Assembly: GCA_051313645.2 (NCBI GenBank)
Contig: JBNRSN020000027.1
Location: 41,168,001-41,232,000 of the forward strand
DNA: 64,000 nucleotides
Direction of reading: 5' to 3'
DNA from: Centroscyllium fabricii
Lineage: Eukaryota
Part shown: piece by piece, positions 36,978-51,229 of the stretch
How the letters are laid out: each line of letters opens with the position of its first letter
Position numbering within the stretch: the stretch's first letter is position 1
Program-made: the position numbers and the translations under genes
Notes under the pieces: model-generated
What the model saw: the letters and a program-made list of their open reading frames with translations, nothing else
What the model was told of the DNA's origin: nothing
Database searches by the model: none

Positions 36978-37923
36978 AATGTTTATATAGGCTTCTGTCA
37001 GTAATAGTATGAGCTGCATGTTGTTGGAGTACGGTGCTTAGTAGGGTCTTCCGGAGCAACCAAAAGCTAACAGGGTTCACCTCTGAAGACTCGAGAAAGA
37101 CAAAAGCTTTCATCCAGACAGCAAAATTTCTTCATCTCTCTACCATGTCCCATGAGGTTTATTCCTTGAACTCTGCTGGGGTACGCTTCCAAAAGTGCCA
37201 GTTACTATCCAAGACCTCGCCCAACTGTCATTTATTTATGCGTGAACATTACAACGAATTCTGTCTAGCTATTGAACTTCAGTAATCATCACTACCAAGT
37301 CCAAGTATGTCCACAACTGGACATCTATCCACAAAGACAAACACTTCTAGCCAGGATCTTTGGATCACAGGTAGGACCCCAGCTGGGTTTCCCACCTCAA
37401 GGTCAGTTAGTACACCCCCCCCCCCCCCCCCTTCTGTTGCCTCGGCTGAAAATCAGCTAACTTAGCACGACTGCTATAGAAGGTTTGTAGCTGTTATGAA
37501 GCAGCTGCAGTGTTAAAACTCAATCCTGGGAACTTCCTAATCTATATGGTTAAGCTGCACACTGGATAAACATGCTAATCAATCAACAAAATCCTGCTTG
37601 GCTTTCATAATAAATTTCCCAATGCCACTTTGACTCTGTTGATGGTCTTGATTTGTGAATATTGGTGTAACTAATACATGTGGCATTTCCGGGTTCCCTA
37701 ATATTTTTAACCAACTATAAATCATTCTGGTCCTCAGTGCTTCATGTACAATTCCAAACCTTTCACAAAGGTGAATATGCAAAACAGTAACCCAAGGCCC
37801 AATTTGTCAAAATTAGAATTGCTTAAGCATGTTCCTCCATTCTGCAACTATGCCAACACTTCAGTCTAAAATAATACTGACTTGTTGTGCCTGGAGAGCA
37901 GAAGTAAAGTGAATATAGGATAT

Positions 37924-38175
37924 TGCAGGAGTCGCTGGAAATAAACAGACTGCGAGACTTGTAGCAGCTAAAGACAATGCGTGTTGGCTTTATTAACTCT
38001 CCGCATGGACCGAGGGACTAGGCCTCGTCACAGGTATGATATCATCACCCATCGACGACTCTTAAAGGGGCCCTGCCCCGATAACCCAAGCAAGTTCGGT
38101 ACATAACGTGGAGCGATAACAACATTGGCTATACATAGTCAATTGTGTTACTGTCCCTATGTGGTCTCCGCCACA
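37924..38175 (-). mobile_element. Solo LTR, 252 bp, 4-bp TSD ATAT
   Basis: atat-TG...CA-atat; minus strand starts TGTGGCGGAGACCACATAGGGACA and carries AATAAA. Confidence 0.7.
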
Positions 38176-39046
38176 ATATCATTGAACCCAGCCTCCTTTA
38201 ACAGGGCTTTCAGGAGTCTGAGGTGACAGCCACCTAATTCAAGGCAAAATGTTTTGAGTGTCCTTCTAATAATCGCGCTGGAGCACAACTTGAGACAAAA
38301 ATACAGTAGCAATGAATTTTTCAATATTTACTTATACCTACATCAGAGGATCTTGCCTAAAACAATAAAAATAAACTTCTGTTGGACTCTCGAAAAGTGT
38401 CGACATTGAAAAGCAATTTAGTGCAGCTGGTGTCAAAGGGAAGAATACAAGTTCTATAGAAATATTCAAACTAGCTGAAGGACAGCAAAGGCTGGAAAAT
38501 TTGTGAAAAATGATCATGTAGGAGTACATGAAAAGCAGTCAGCACCATGAAGCGTATCACTGAGGATTTAATGTTAACTGTGCCAGAATCACCCACATGA
38601 CCCAAACAACCATCATGGGCTGACGGTGGAAGCTTGGGATAGCACGAGCAACATAAAAGACTCACTCATTCTTTCAAATGAACTAAAGTAAGGAGAAGAT
38701 CCTAATGTTTGAGCAGAAGATAAGAGAAACTAAAATACCCTTCCATACCAAAAGACAACTTTGATGAAACAAAGACGAGACATCACTAAACATTAAATAA
38801 TTCTCAGACCAACTTAGTCAAATCAGTTATAGAAGAAATACAAACAGACAGCCTTATCATTGGGGATTACGTAAGGAAGATGTTTTTGCACAAGAGGTAT
38901 CTTGCATGTGATTCTCAATCTTCAGGGTTAGCTCTGATCGCTTGTGAAAAACACAACTTGGAGAAGAATTAATATTAACGACAAAGCTTCACAGTATTCC
39001 ATTTATACTAACTGACCTTAGTGAGCATTTTCTCTACTGGTCTTAC

Positions 39047-39144
39047 CTGAATAAACCCCAGAGTACAGCCTTTTTCTTTATAGCAAGATAAAATAACGCA
39101 GCATCCAATGCATCATTGTTTCTTTGGAAAGCAGCTTTTGCAAC
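39047..39144 (-). CDS. DMXL2: DMXL2 coding exon (VAKAAFQRNNDALDAALFYLAIRKKAVLWGLF)
   Basis: cag/gtaaga boundaries, 98 nt; not in ORF track. Confidence 0.92.
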
Positions 39145-39569
39145 CTGTGTGAAAAGAGAAAACAAACATTTTTTACAATTCTGTCCTCTCATTTTTGTTC
39201 AATTGGAAACTAGTCATTTGATTAAAATAGATTTTTTTTGACATAATACAGGGGTAGCTACAACTAAAATATGATTGCAGCTGAGTCAGGATGAAATATA
39301 ACTGGGTCTCGAACTTTCAAATGGGAAATATAAGAGTAGTTGTAATAATTACAGATGATAACATAGCACTAAAGCATAAAGAATTCAATAGACAGGTGGT
39401 CCAAATAGAATCCCTTTGGACGGAGCTGAGAATAGCAAGAGGTCAGTTGCACTGCTTGGAGCATATTATGGGCTGCCAAATAGTGGAAAAGAAATTTAGG
39501 ATAAATCTGTAAACAGATTGGTAAATAGAACTGCAGATTAGTAATGTGAAATATATAGAAAAGAGACAG

Positions 39570-40625
39570 AAAGGATATACTTGCTGTCGAGGCAGTTCAG
39601 AGAAGATTCACTCGGTTGATTCCGGAGATGAGGGGGTTGACTTATGAGGAAAGGTTGAGTCAGTTGGGCCTCTACTCATTGGAATTCAGAAGAATGAGAG
39701 GCGATCTTATCGAAACATATAAGATTGTGAGGGGGCTTGATTGGGTGGATGCGGTGAGGATGTTTCCACTGATGGGTGAGACTAGAACTAGGGGGGCATA
39801 ATCTTAGAATAAGGGGCTGCCCTTTCAAAACTGTGATGTGGAGGTGCCGGTGTTGGACTCGGGGTGGACAAATGTAAGAAGTCACACAACACCAGGTTAT
39901 AGTCCAACAGTTTTATTTGAAATCACAAGCTTTCGGAGCGTTGCCAGACTCGAGTCGTCTATGGCTTGTCCTCACCACGCAGATGCGGCTGTACCGGCTG
40001 CGATATCCAGCAAGAAACATTTTTTTTTTTTTTTTTTTTTTTTTAAATTGTTCTGTGTGGGTTTTCACAGACCCCAGACTGCAACATTTGACCCTTTGTG
40101 ACTGCACCTCATTGTTCCCAGGGTGGTGCCTGCTTGACCTGTTTGAACACCATTCACACCTTTGATTGCTATGAATGTCTCTCTGCCGAGGTGTGATGCA
40201 GGGCAGTTGGAAAGATTACATTGTTCTCCATCTATATATGCTGTGTTTAAATGTATCTCTCTTACGCCTGATGAAGGAGCAACGCTCCGAAAGCTTGTGA
40301 TTTCAAATAAAACTGTTGGACTATAACCTGGTGTTGTGTGGCTTCTTACATTAATCTTTCAAAACTGAGATGAGGAGGAATTTCTTCACTCAGAGGGTGG
40401 TGAGTCTGTGGAATTTGCTGCCTCAGCGAGCTGTGGAAGCTGCAACATTAAATAAACTTAAATCGGAAATTGACAGCTTCCTAGCTGATAAGGGAATAAG
40501 GGGTTACGGGGAACGGGCAGGGAAGTGGACTTGAATCTAAGTTCGGATCAGCCATGATCCTATTGAATGGCGGAGCAGGCACGAGGGGCCGTATGGCATA
40601 CTCCTGCTCCTACTTCCTATGTTCC
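39570..40625 (+). mobile_element. CR1 LINE 3' end interrupted by a Penelope-like insertion (39834-40355)
   Basis: IPEMRGLTYEERLSQLGLYSLEFRRMRGDLIETYKI; insertion TSD ctttcaaaactg. Confidence 0.88.
40265..40299 (+). ncRNA. Minimal hammerhead ribozyme motif
   Basis: cgc-CTGATGA-aggagc aac gctcc-GAAA-gcTT-gtg. Confidence 0.75.
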
Positions 40626-40644
40626 AGTAAGGAGAAAATATAAT

Positions 40645-40910
40645 GGCCCATATTTTCTGATCCCTACGAGCTGTGTACATGCCCATAAGGAGCTCGCAAG
40701 TGCCGATTTCAAGCATTCGAAGCGCATGCGCTGAAAACCGGCACTTCCAATCTGTCAAGAATCCCCTGGGATACCTGGGCCCTGTACATTTCGTAAAGCA
40801 GAGGCCCAGGAGCGGAAATGTCTGGACCTCTGGAGCCCACAAGGGCGTAGATTTTTTTCCAGATCGGAAGCATCCGCACGCTGGAAGCCTCTGATCGGAA
40901 AATACAGGCC
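40645..40910. mobile_element. Short Harbinger-like MITE, TSD AAT
   Basis: GGCCCATATTTTCTGATC...GATCGGAAAATACAGGCC. Confidence 0.75.
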
Positions 40911-41321
40911 AATGAGTGGGCTGAAGACTGGAACGATTAATCAATTTGAAACTTAGAAAAAGCATTTAGTGCTTCTATAACAGATAATAAAAATGAAAGC
41001 CAAGACGAACATAAATATACAGGAAAACTACAAAAGTGGATAATGACAGCAATGATAGCAAAACAACAAAAACTTATATTTATATGATGCCTTTAACATA
41101 GAAAAAAGTTGCAGGGCGTTTCAGAGTGGTGTAAGGAAAACAGACCCTGAACTAAAGGAGAAATTCATAAACGTTACTGATAAACTTGATCAAAGACGTG
41201 GGTTTTAAAGAGGAGAGCAGAGTGAGATGGAGAGACTGGGATTTGGGGAGGAAGTTCCAGAGAGTGGGACCTAAGCGGCTGAAAGCACAGCTTCCAATGA
41301 TAGGACAAAAAGAGGAACATA

Positions 41322-42020
41322 GGGGGAAACATTGGGTGGCTTGCGCCAGCTGTTAGCACCCTAAGAGGGGTGCTAATGGGGCGCAAGGCACCTTTGCGCC
41401 TGGGCTGGCGCCTCCTGCGATATTCAGCGGGCGATGGCGGCAGCAGTTAGCGCCTCGTGGTGCTGCGCCACTGGTGATGATGTCATCGCCGTGCGCAGCG
41501 CCTTGCTCGCGCCCCGGCCACGAATTTCAGTCGCGCCCCCTGACTTAGCGCCGAACACGGACTCCGGGGGACGCAGTTGCAGCGCTATTTAAAGGGGGGG
41601 GGGGTGGGGGGAGGAGGAGGAGGTGCCGGGCGGCCATTTTTCTTGCTGGCCGCCTGCCAGCACCTGCCCCCTCTGCCGTCCCCGGCCTTCCCCGATGCCC
41701 CCCCGCGGAGTGTTGGCTGTGCTCCATGAGCTCGGCACTTCCATTGAGTGCCGGGCTCCTTTGCCAGCACTCCGATCCCCGACGGTCCAGCGGGGCTCTG
41801 GGCTGCGCCTCGCTAGGGTACTCCCCTTTAAGAAGGGGAGGGAGGCCTGCAGTACCGCGGCGCGGCGTGCTGCAGTGCGTGGCGCAGTGACCCGAAATTC
41901 ATTTGTTGCGCCCAAGGAACGAGGTGGGGCGCTTGCAGTAGCGCCCCACCTCCTACTTGGGGCGCTAAAACCCAATTAAGGCGGAACGGCGCTAACTTTT
42001 TCAGGGCGCTACTTTCCGAG
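41322..42020. mobile_element. GC-rich Harbinger-like MITE (inverse of 34471), in an L2-like remnant
   Basis: Reverse-complement similarity to 34471-35156; right end unclear. Confidence 0.65.
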
Positions 42021-43051
42021 GTTAGGGGGTTAAATGGACAGGGAAGGGTGAGGCCATGGAGGGATTTGAGCACAAGAATAATTCTAAATTGGAGGACTGG
42101 GAGCCGATGTATGGCCAGTGTGATGGGTGATCGGGACTTGAGGACCAATTTTAACTCGGCTCATCCAGCGGAAACGGACCGGTACTGGCGTTAAAATCAC
42201 CATAGAGCACTTGCTGCTCCATTACCACTCTGCCACCATATTTACTGCGGCCTTCCACGAGGCGGCCCAGGAGCCCACCTGATTTACGAGTTAAGTCAAG
42301 AGTTCCTGGTTCATCTGTGCCTGTAGTAATTTTAATTCATACTTTACGGTTGGTCATTGTACCAGTGATGATTCCATAAAAACAATTTAACAAACACAAA
42401 AAGGATATACTATAGAGCAGCAAAGAATGTAATATAATTCCTGAGTGAACAACCCTCAGAAGTAGTGATTTTCTTTTCAATTTTCTTTTCTGAAGGAAGC
42501 AATTCCTGCTGGGGTATCATGCAGCCCGCCAATACCTCGCCCAAGTGATATGTTTCATGTATAAGTCTAGACAGCGAGCTCCAGCAGGTTATTCAATCAT
42601 AGCAGGAATCACAGACCAGCTCATCCTTGTGTTCACCCAACAGTGAAACAAACACACTTTTCACCATTAGTAATTTGCAGTAATTAAGAGCTACATCATC
42701 CCCCCATCCCACCAACCAATTTCCATTTAGAGTGCTCCTACTGACACTCTAACTGAGACGAGGTAAGACAACACAGACTAAAATCAATAAAGGTACCATC
42801 TTGGTCTATATAGCTCTACCCCACATTATGGGCTGTATATGCCACCATCCCAAGGCAGCTTAAAAAAAAAATCTGTTGGTAGTTTAACACTGAAGACAGT
42901 TAATCTTTTCACTGGCAAATGCTACGTAAATTTTGCAAACAAAGTGAATGAAATTTAGCAAGAATGCTACAAAAACAAAAATATTAGCTACTTACTAAGA
43001 AACCAAGGCAGAATTTCAAAAGAACCAGAATTAAGTGCAATAATGAAAGGA

Positions 43052-43117
43052 CCTGCATTAACTACAACTAGTTCCTGCATTAACTACAACTGGTTCCTGC
43101 ATTAACTACAACTAGTT
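43052..43117. repeat. 22-bp tandem repeat x3 (cctgcattaactacaactagtt)
   Basis: Directly visible, one substitution. Confidence 0.9.
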
Positions 43118-43419
43118 CACGTGTGATCAGGTAATGACAAAATATCATAAAATAGTGATATTTTCATTTTGAACTGAGATTTATCAGCTTACATTTCACT
43201 GGCACAAAACCTTCCTTAATAAAGTAAAACGTTTAAGACGGATTGCAAAAAAAAAAATCCTCTTTCATCTGAAAACTGGAGCTCATTTGTAACATTTCCC
43301 TCCATGCCCCCACACCCAAGGTTTATGGACGTTCTATTTCATCTTAAGAATGGTGGATAAACACATGCATTATGTACTCTTGTTTGCGAATTCCTAAAAT
43401 GAAGTTATAATTAGAATAC

Positions 43420-43589
43420 CTTCTCAATGCTCTTGCGGAGGGTGTTAATGTTTCGAACCCACCAGCCTACTCCCAAGGCTTTCAGCTCAGACCACTGAGG
43501 GTCTCCTTTCTGCATGGCAGGAATCATCTTGAGCAATTCTTCCTCAGCTTCAGAATGAAAGGCCCAGGCAAAGTGGCACGTAGACAAGC
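43420..43589 (-). CDS. DMXL2: DMXL2 coding exon (LSTCHFAWAFHSEAEEELL...GWWVRNINTLRKSIEK)
   Basis: tag/gtattc boundaries, 170 nt. Confidence 0.92.
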
Positions 43590-44611
43590 CTACAAAATAC
43601 AACAACAGTTTCTGTGAAAAATGAAACGTTATACCCTGTACTGCCTCAAATAGAAATTTGAACACATCAAGCATAATCATATATTAAAAATTTGCAAAAA
43701 TACTAGACCGGATACATCATTGCATAACTGTGAACAGCTTAAAAGCAACAAATAACATGACTAAATGATCTAGATGGGGAAGATAAATCTTAAGAGTATA
43801 AATACATTTTCTCCCAATTATATTTAAGAGTTCTGATTTAGATATAAATTAAAATCTACTTAACATATATATTCATAGACAGAGGAATGAAAGTCAATCC
43901 CCTGCTCCATTACTTCTTATAACTCAAATAAGTGCTCACCTTTCGCACAATTTCCTATTCATAACCTATCAGTCTGCCTTTTATCCTGCCCATAGGAACA
44001 AGACATAGGATTATGTGAGATATAGTTCTTAGAGTTGGGGGTGTCTGGGGATATGGGGAGAGGGGGGGGGGGGGGGGGGGGTGGGTGCTGGGTTTGGATG
44101 ACCAGCCATGATCTCGTCAAAATGGCGGAGCAGGCTCGAAGGGCCGAATGGCTTACTCCTATTCCTATCTTCTGTGTTTCTGGGATTACGATGATCAAAT
44201 CCTCTGACTGCAACCATGTCCTCCTCAACTTCCCTGTGGTGTTCAACACGGTCCACCACTCCATCCTTCTCCACTACCTTTTCTCTGTGGTCCTCCGCCA
44301 CAGAAATGTCTTTGCTTGGTCCCACTTCCACCTGTTCCAACATAGCCAGCACAGATCAACAATGGTTTCTCCTCCTGCCCCTGCATGCATAGTGGCCCCT
44401 GGACTGGAGTACCCCAAGATTTCATCGTTGCCCCCTCAGAGATGTAATCCATAGGCACTGGCTCGGTTTCCACATACATTAGAAGGGCTCCCATTATTCG
44501 ACCCAATGGCCACCTGTGCCATTACACTGCTTACCTAACATCAATTCACAGTTGAATCGGAATCTGCTCCAACTACACACTGGGAAAACTGAAGCCAGCT
44601 TATTCAGCTCT

Positions 44612-45215
44612 TAAAACAACAGAAAATGCTGGATAAACTCAGCAGTTCAGGCAGCATCGGAGGAGAGAAACACAGAGTCAACGTTTCGGGGAGTTCCCTT
44701 TATCGAGACTGATGAAACAGCCGAGAGGGCTGAGAGAACACAAAGGGGCGAGAAGAGACAATGAGAGTTATTCAGAACGGGACAAGGTGCAATAGGACAG
44801 AAGACAACTCTAGATTAGGTGTGAAATGCACTGGCTGAATATGAGACAGCTGCCGTGTGGGAAAGAGAAAAATGGGAGGGGGGGGCGGGGGAGGGCTGAG
44901 GCAAAGGTGTGGATAATGTAAAAAAAGGTAAAAATGAAAAGGGTTATGGTCTGAAATTGTTGAACTTGATATTGAGTCCGGACGGCTGTAAAGTGCCTAA
45001 TCGGAAGATGAGGTGCTGTTCCTGGAGCTTACGCTGAGCTTCAGTGGAACAATGCAAGAGGCCGAGGACAGAGAGATCAGAGTGGGTGTGAAGCGGAGAA
45101 TTGAAGTGACCGGCGACCGGAAGCTCAGGGTCCCCCTTACGAACTGAACGGAGGTGTTCCGCAAAGCGGTCACCCAATCTGCGTTTGGTCTCCCCGATGT
45201 AGAGGAGGCCACATC
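44612..45215 (-). mobile_element. Penelope-like element 3' end with GIY-YIG endonuclease C-terminus
   Basis: CGLLYIGETKRRLGDRFAEHLRSV...PVAGHFNS...LQPSGLN; degenerate hammerhead at 44676-44710. Confidence 0.85.
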
Positions 45216-46881
45216 GTGAGCAGCTCTGACACGGACTCCATTTCCCTCCCTAGTTTTCGGTCATCTCTAATTCTTCTGCTGCTGATCACTATCTTTTTCT
45301 CCTCTTTGAAGCAATTTGGGACACTTCCTAAATTCACGTTACTATAATTTAGCCAACAATTTACTAATTGTTCCAATAGCTTCTGGACAATCGAGGTTAA
45401 AACAGGTTATTTTGTGGAGTTTTTCATAATTAATGCTATCTTATAAAGTCACAACAGTTCCACAAAGAATAGTCTGTTTCATTTGGGAATAAATGGCTCA
45501 GTGGAAGAATGCACTGCTCAGTATGCTGGTAAGCTATCGAGAATAGAAGACCCTAGGTTGATCCTTATTTATTCTGAGTTAGCAGAACTCAGCTGTGGAA
45601 TAACCCATGGTGCCACAACGGGCCTCTGGGCTAAGAGAGGGGACACTGCTGACTGTAAGTGCACATTTTGACAGTGGACAAGAACATGGTTAAGCTTTGC
45701 TATGATGCCCTCATTATTTAGGCACAGACATAAAGACCAGTTGGGTAAGAAACTGGAGGATTTTAGTGCATACAGAGCAATCCCTAAGCACAAGTTAGCA
45801 CCGTCAGAAAAAGGAGAAAATTGTATAGAAAAAGAATGAAGCATTTTTGTTATTAAACCACTGCTGATGTTCTCCATTATTCGCATTTGTGAACAAATTA
45901 ATGGTTTAAAGTTAAGCACAGCACAGCCTATATTGATTTAACAAAATATTTTTACCATAGACCTGGCACTATGATAGTTTTAAAAAAAATCTTGCTGCTA
46001 TCAATTGTTTTTCCAAGATTAATTGTGTTTCAAAGAACATCCAGAACTTAAAGCATTTTATTTTAGACAAAACATTTTCAATTGCCATAGTCCTAATTTT
46101 TCCACTTTGTAGCTCCCAACTGCAGCAGCTTCTTCCTTCCGCTGGACAACACGATGACCTGCGGCAATCACCATATCTTCCCAGCTGAAAAGAAGTGGTT
46201 CACTGTGTTTTCTCTTTGTGCAGCGCTCTACACATAGCCTGATTAAGTTGGGACAACAACTTATCAGTAATGCTAATTACATATGAAGAATAGATACAGA
46301 ATGGACATTGATCAGGATGGGGGAAAAAAAAGAGGGTGAGGAGGGGACAAAGGTACAAAGACAAGAGTCTTAGAGGCTTTTGAAGGCAAGGAGGGAGATG
46401 CAGACAGAGATGGCGAGGAAGTTCTAGAGGCCAAGGGCAAGATGGTTGCAGGAGTCGTAGGCTGGAGGACCAGAGGGTGCACACAGGAGTGGAGGGCTGG
46501 TTAAGGTCCAGGAGTTAGGGAGACCAAGAAGGGAACTGTTGGTGACAAAGAGAATCTGAAAGTTGATTCACTGGAACACAGGAAGCCAGTGGAGCTTGGT
46601 GAGGACAGGGGCAATGGGATTTCAGCCTTAGGGCTGACAAGAATTAGTCTCAGTGGAACTACAGCTTCATGTGTTCTGGGTTAGAATCCAGTGCTCAAGT
46701 TGAGAACAATGGCTTGTTTTTTTCTGAGGGGGAATTTAAAACTAAATGACAGAACTCATTACTAGTTTAATAAAATAACTTTGAATGCAGTCTTAATTAT
46801 AATTATTATGGGAGTTATCCAAATAAGTGGAATAAAGCTCACTATTAAATGACCCAATGATACTTTGCCCAAACCTCATAC

Positions 46882-46992
46882 CTTGATGCAAGAGTTGAAG
46901 TCTATAGACCAGAGGCAGAGATGTCAGGAGGCATGTATGCAAGCGCATGGCAAGCAAATAACGTACACCACACTCATCCAAAGTCTCACCTC
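46882..46992 (-). CDS. DMXL2: DMXL2 coding exon (GETLDECGVRYLLAMRLH...LLHQ)
   Basis: tag/gtatga boundaries, 111 nt. Confidence 0.92.
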
Positions 46993-47882
46993 CTACAAAA
47001 GAGAAGGACAAAGAAATCAAGAAACATTCAATTAGATTTTACTTGAGCTGGCAATAAACAAGACAAACTAACAGAGATGCTTCCTTTGAAGTTTCACTCT
47101 GCTTACTATTACATTAGCTTTCATTTCAAATTATGTCTGCACCAGAAATATTAGTAATTATTTGTTTTAAACTGGTGCCATGGTGCCTACAATTAGCGAG
47201 CTTTTTTAAAGTTCAAATATGATTCGTTTTTGTGAAACAAGTGTGATTGCACAGGTGTTTAATGTTACTACAATTTCAGCCATGTTAACATTTGTACTAT
47301 TTAAAGGCAATTCTATTTCTTGCATGCAGGTAAAGATGGTTAAAAATAATGTTGTAGTCAACATTACAAGTATATAACACTGACTATGTCCAACGTTGAA
47401 GGAGGAATTACACACATCACACTGAAGTGTCACAGTGGGGAGAGAGAAACAATTCAGATATTGAGGACTGTCATAAAAATAATTTACATCAAGTACAAGT
47501 TAAAAATGTAAAAGGTTTACAGACACTCCTTAGATTCACACTGATGTGTTTAATTTTAAAAGTACAGCATCACTCAAAATATTTATTTACCCAGATGGAA
47601 GAGAATAATCATATTAGGGAATATGAACTATTTGACCTAGCAGGGATTTTCAGTTAAAGCTATAATATATTCCTGATATGAACTCGGGTTCAGAATTTTT
47701 AATACTTAATTCTAAAAGATCCAGCATTATTTCTGTCATCTTAATAGAGGGAGGCAGACTGGTGCCAGAGAGAATTGATATGTTAATGAGCACATCCAGA
47801 AATTAATGAGCCAGGCGAAGAAACTGTTATCCATAATGATCGGGCACAAAAGATCATTTGTTATTTCATTTCAGACACTTCA

Positions 47883-48702
47883 GGGATGATTTTAACTCTG
47901 GAGTCGGGTCTACAACTTTCAGGGTTGTAGTCCCGCCTCCATCAAGATGCGGCCAACCCACGCGATTTTAACTTGATTGACCTTCTTGAGCCTGCCCAGC
48001 GAGCTCAGGCCGGCCAATTAAGGGCCACCTGGCAACAGGTAACGTCACAGACTGAAATATCATCTGTCAAGAGGTCTTGACAGATGAAACATCAGTGTTT
48101 CACAGCTGTTTGAAGCTGTCCATCACTGACAGCCTTACTTCTAACCCGAGTCCTTCTCCACAGGCTCAGTTCGAAATCTTACTGGCACAGAAAGCTGCAG
48201 GCTGTCACTTTTGAAAGATCGCAGCAATTCTGCTTTCTGTGCCGGTGAGATGAGGCACTCCCGAAGCCGAAAGGAAGGCTGGAAAGGTAAGAAAAGGTAT
48301 GTTAAACTCATTTAATCACTTTACACACACCAAACACACTCACCTTTGCACTTATGCACACATCACTCACCTGAACACTGACATCTCGACCCCTCCAAGT
48401 CTTTCAACCCGACTCCTCCAACCTGCCGTGGTTTGGAGCCGTTGGGAAACTCACAGTTCAGCGTTTAAAATAGGGATTAGGTTAAAAACTGCCTCTTAAC
48501 TACCTGTTAACAGGCTGTTAATTGGCACTAATCCTGTCCCTGCTCGGGTAGGCGGGTCCCAGTGCGGGGCGGGTAACCGCCTCCTTTGAAACTGACATGG
48601 AGGCGGATTTGGGTGCGGGATGGGTCGGGACCTCTGATTTCGGGATTTTAACCCCCCGCACGCCTCCAATCCCGACTCCACGGCTCAGATAAAATCGACC
48701 CC
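47883..48702. mobile_element. Harbinger-like MITE (19107 family)
   Basis: Similar along its length to the 30074 copy; termini degenerate. Confidence 0.8.
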
Positions 48703-49440
48703 TTCCAGTCGGCATTCACACGCAATAATGTAAGAAAGTATACAGCCAAAGCCAACAAGTGGCGGGAATTTGGGCGGCCCTCGGAAATTGTTAAACTTGG
48801 GCGATTTTAATTCCTGGACCTCATTTGCATACCCGAACACTGACACATGCCTGAAATTGACAGGAATTACGTCACTGCTAGTAGGTGGCAAATCAAAAGT
48901 GATGAGGGGATGGGGGGGGGGGGGGGTCAAATTTAGATTTGGAGGGAAGGGGGATGCAAGTACGGATTTGGGAGGAGGGGGCAAGTCCACAATCAGGCAG
49001 CAGGGGAGGCACTCTTGCTCCTCCTGCCCCACAAGGAACCTTAAAAAAATTATTCTGGCCGATATTACTTTCCATTGACTTCAATAGATAGCAAAGTCGG
49101 GCAGGGTGGGAAAGAGGCAGCTGATCCGATCCAGTCAGATTCTCACTAGGCAGGTTAGTTAAAAATTGCCCCTCTCTCTTTTCTCCCCCATATCAAAAAA
49201 TTACATTATAAATGTATTTAGCATTCCAGATATTACAAAGAGTTTAATAATCTGGAGCTATTCCATGAAAGTGAACAATGAACCAATCATCTGATGTATT
49301 ACAATCTTTAATTGTTGTTCTTCTAAAGCAAATAAATGATGCTTACAAAGCAAAATTATTGGTAAAACCCTCTTCCATTGCTACTGTATAAATTGTGCCA
49401 TCACTATTGAAAAAGCATATCAAAGTTATTATATACATAC

Positions 49441-51132
49441 CAGAGTAGTTTTTGTCCCTATTTTCATTCACTTCTGCGCTTGTGGTAGCCACTGTGTCGG
49501 CCAAAGCTACAAGGAACATCTGTTCTAGTCGTGTCAGTCCTGGCAAACTTGAGTGCATCAGGTGACTGGAAAGCACACGGGCATGTTCTGGCCCAAAGTA
49601 TGTCGGACCATACTGGGATAGATTTATGACTTTAGATCTCGATTCCTTCTTTTCAATTACAAAGTCAACAAAGTCATCTGTGGTTACACTTGGAGACTGA
49701 AACAAATCAGCATACTGATCCTCCATTTTCTTTTTACTTTGAGTTCGTGAACCTTTGTCTGCTTTAGCGGTTTCCTCAGCAATTTTATAGGACGCGTCCT
49801 GATCTGCAGACAGCAATGCATAAAGTGGCAGTGGTGGAACTGAGTCTATCTCAGTATAATCACGGGTACCTTCTCTTCCAGCTATAATGGTATCTTTTCC
49901 TGTACTTCCACTTACACTGATGGTTCGAGAAAGGTGACGTCTAGGTCCTCCTCCCTCTCCCGGGTCTCTATCCCTAAAAACTGCAACTTCTCCTGCAATA
50001 CACTTGACCAAATGTGAAAGAATTGCCTTAGCTCTGCGCACCTTGCCCAAATCCATAAGCTCCAATAGCTGAGTGGGGTGATATTGAGGAAGAGTAGGAG
50101 AAAGAATGTGAGCAGCTTCGAACAAGCCACCATCTTGAACCATTCCTGGGACTCCAAACACATCATCGACACCAGTCGGTCCGTCAGCAACAACACTGTG
50201 CCGCTTTGAAAGTACTTTAGTCTCAAATGTGGAAGCATCAGCGAAATCTTCAAAAGATGACAAGCTCCCACTCTCAGTATCTTTTAATGGTTTTGTAGAA
50301 TGCTTCCACTGTGCATACACATGCATTTCACAGTCCATCCCAATTACCAGGATGCCATCTCTCACCCAGGACAGAGAAACTGGAAGTGAAGGTGTTCCAT
50401 CTACTGAAGACATCAACTCCACACATCTGAGCAATACCCATTTTGACTTGGTTCCTTGTTTAATGCTTCCCCCTAGTGGCAAAGTAATAACAGCCAGTCC
50501 ATCTTTGCTACCCGCTTGTTCAGTTACAATCCCCGACAGTCTTCCATACATGAGAATTTTGGAACCGACTCCCACTGTAAGAACATGAGAGCCATCTTCT
50601 TTTGATACCCAGTCCAAATGCACTAAATGTTTTATGTTAGACGTCATGTGGTTGCCTTTAAGATAAAGGTCTGATTTATTATATACAAATAAATTGCTGT
50701 CTACACTAACCCTAGAGTCCAGGACACCTCCAACCTTTCCTAAATCATCTAAATGAATTGTCTGCTCCAAAACCCACTCTGATCCTCCAGTAGATTCACA
50801 CTCAAATATGGAGACATGCATCGAGAACTCTTTTGACGTAATGCCATTAGGCTGTACAGGCTCTTTATAAGCTATAGCCAACCGTCCCGTATAAGAACAG
50901 CTCACAGCCACTGGCCGTCCACTAACACTCACTGCACTGTTACTGTGGTCACCTTCCTCATTCATCAAAGGCCAGGTTTCCCACTGATAAGCACGGACTT
51001 CCTCTAAGTTTTCAGAGCTTGAATTTTTATCCACAGTACATCGCCAGAATCTCACTTTACCATCAGAGCACGATGTCACTATTAGGTAAGGTGCAAGGCA
51101 GACTGGGTAGATTGAAGATGAACTCAAGTGAC
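49441..51132 (-). CDS. DMXL2: DMXL2 large exon (WD40 repeats and start of Rav1p_C-like region)
   Basis: 1692 nt within ORF 49343..51127; HLSSSSIYPVCLAPY...RDKNYS; tag/gtatgt. Confidence 0.95.
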
Positions 51133-51229
51133 CTAAAAGAAAGAAAAAACTGTATTATAACAGTGAGACATTCTAGGTTAAATTTGTAAAAAGAAAATCT
51201 ATCCCTGCTCTGTGACAACTAAATTTATG

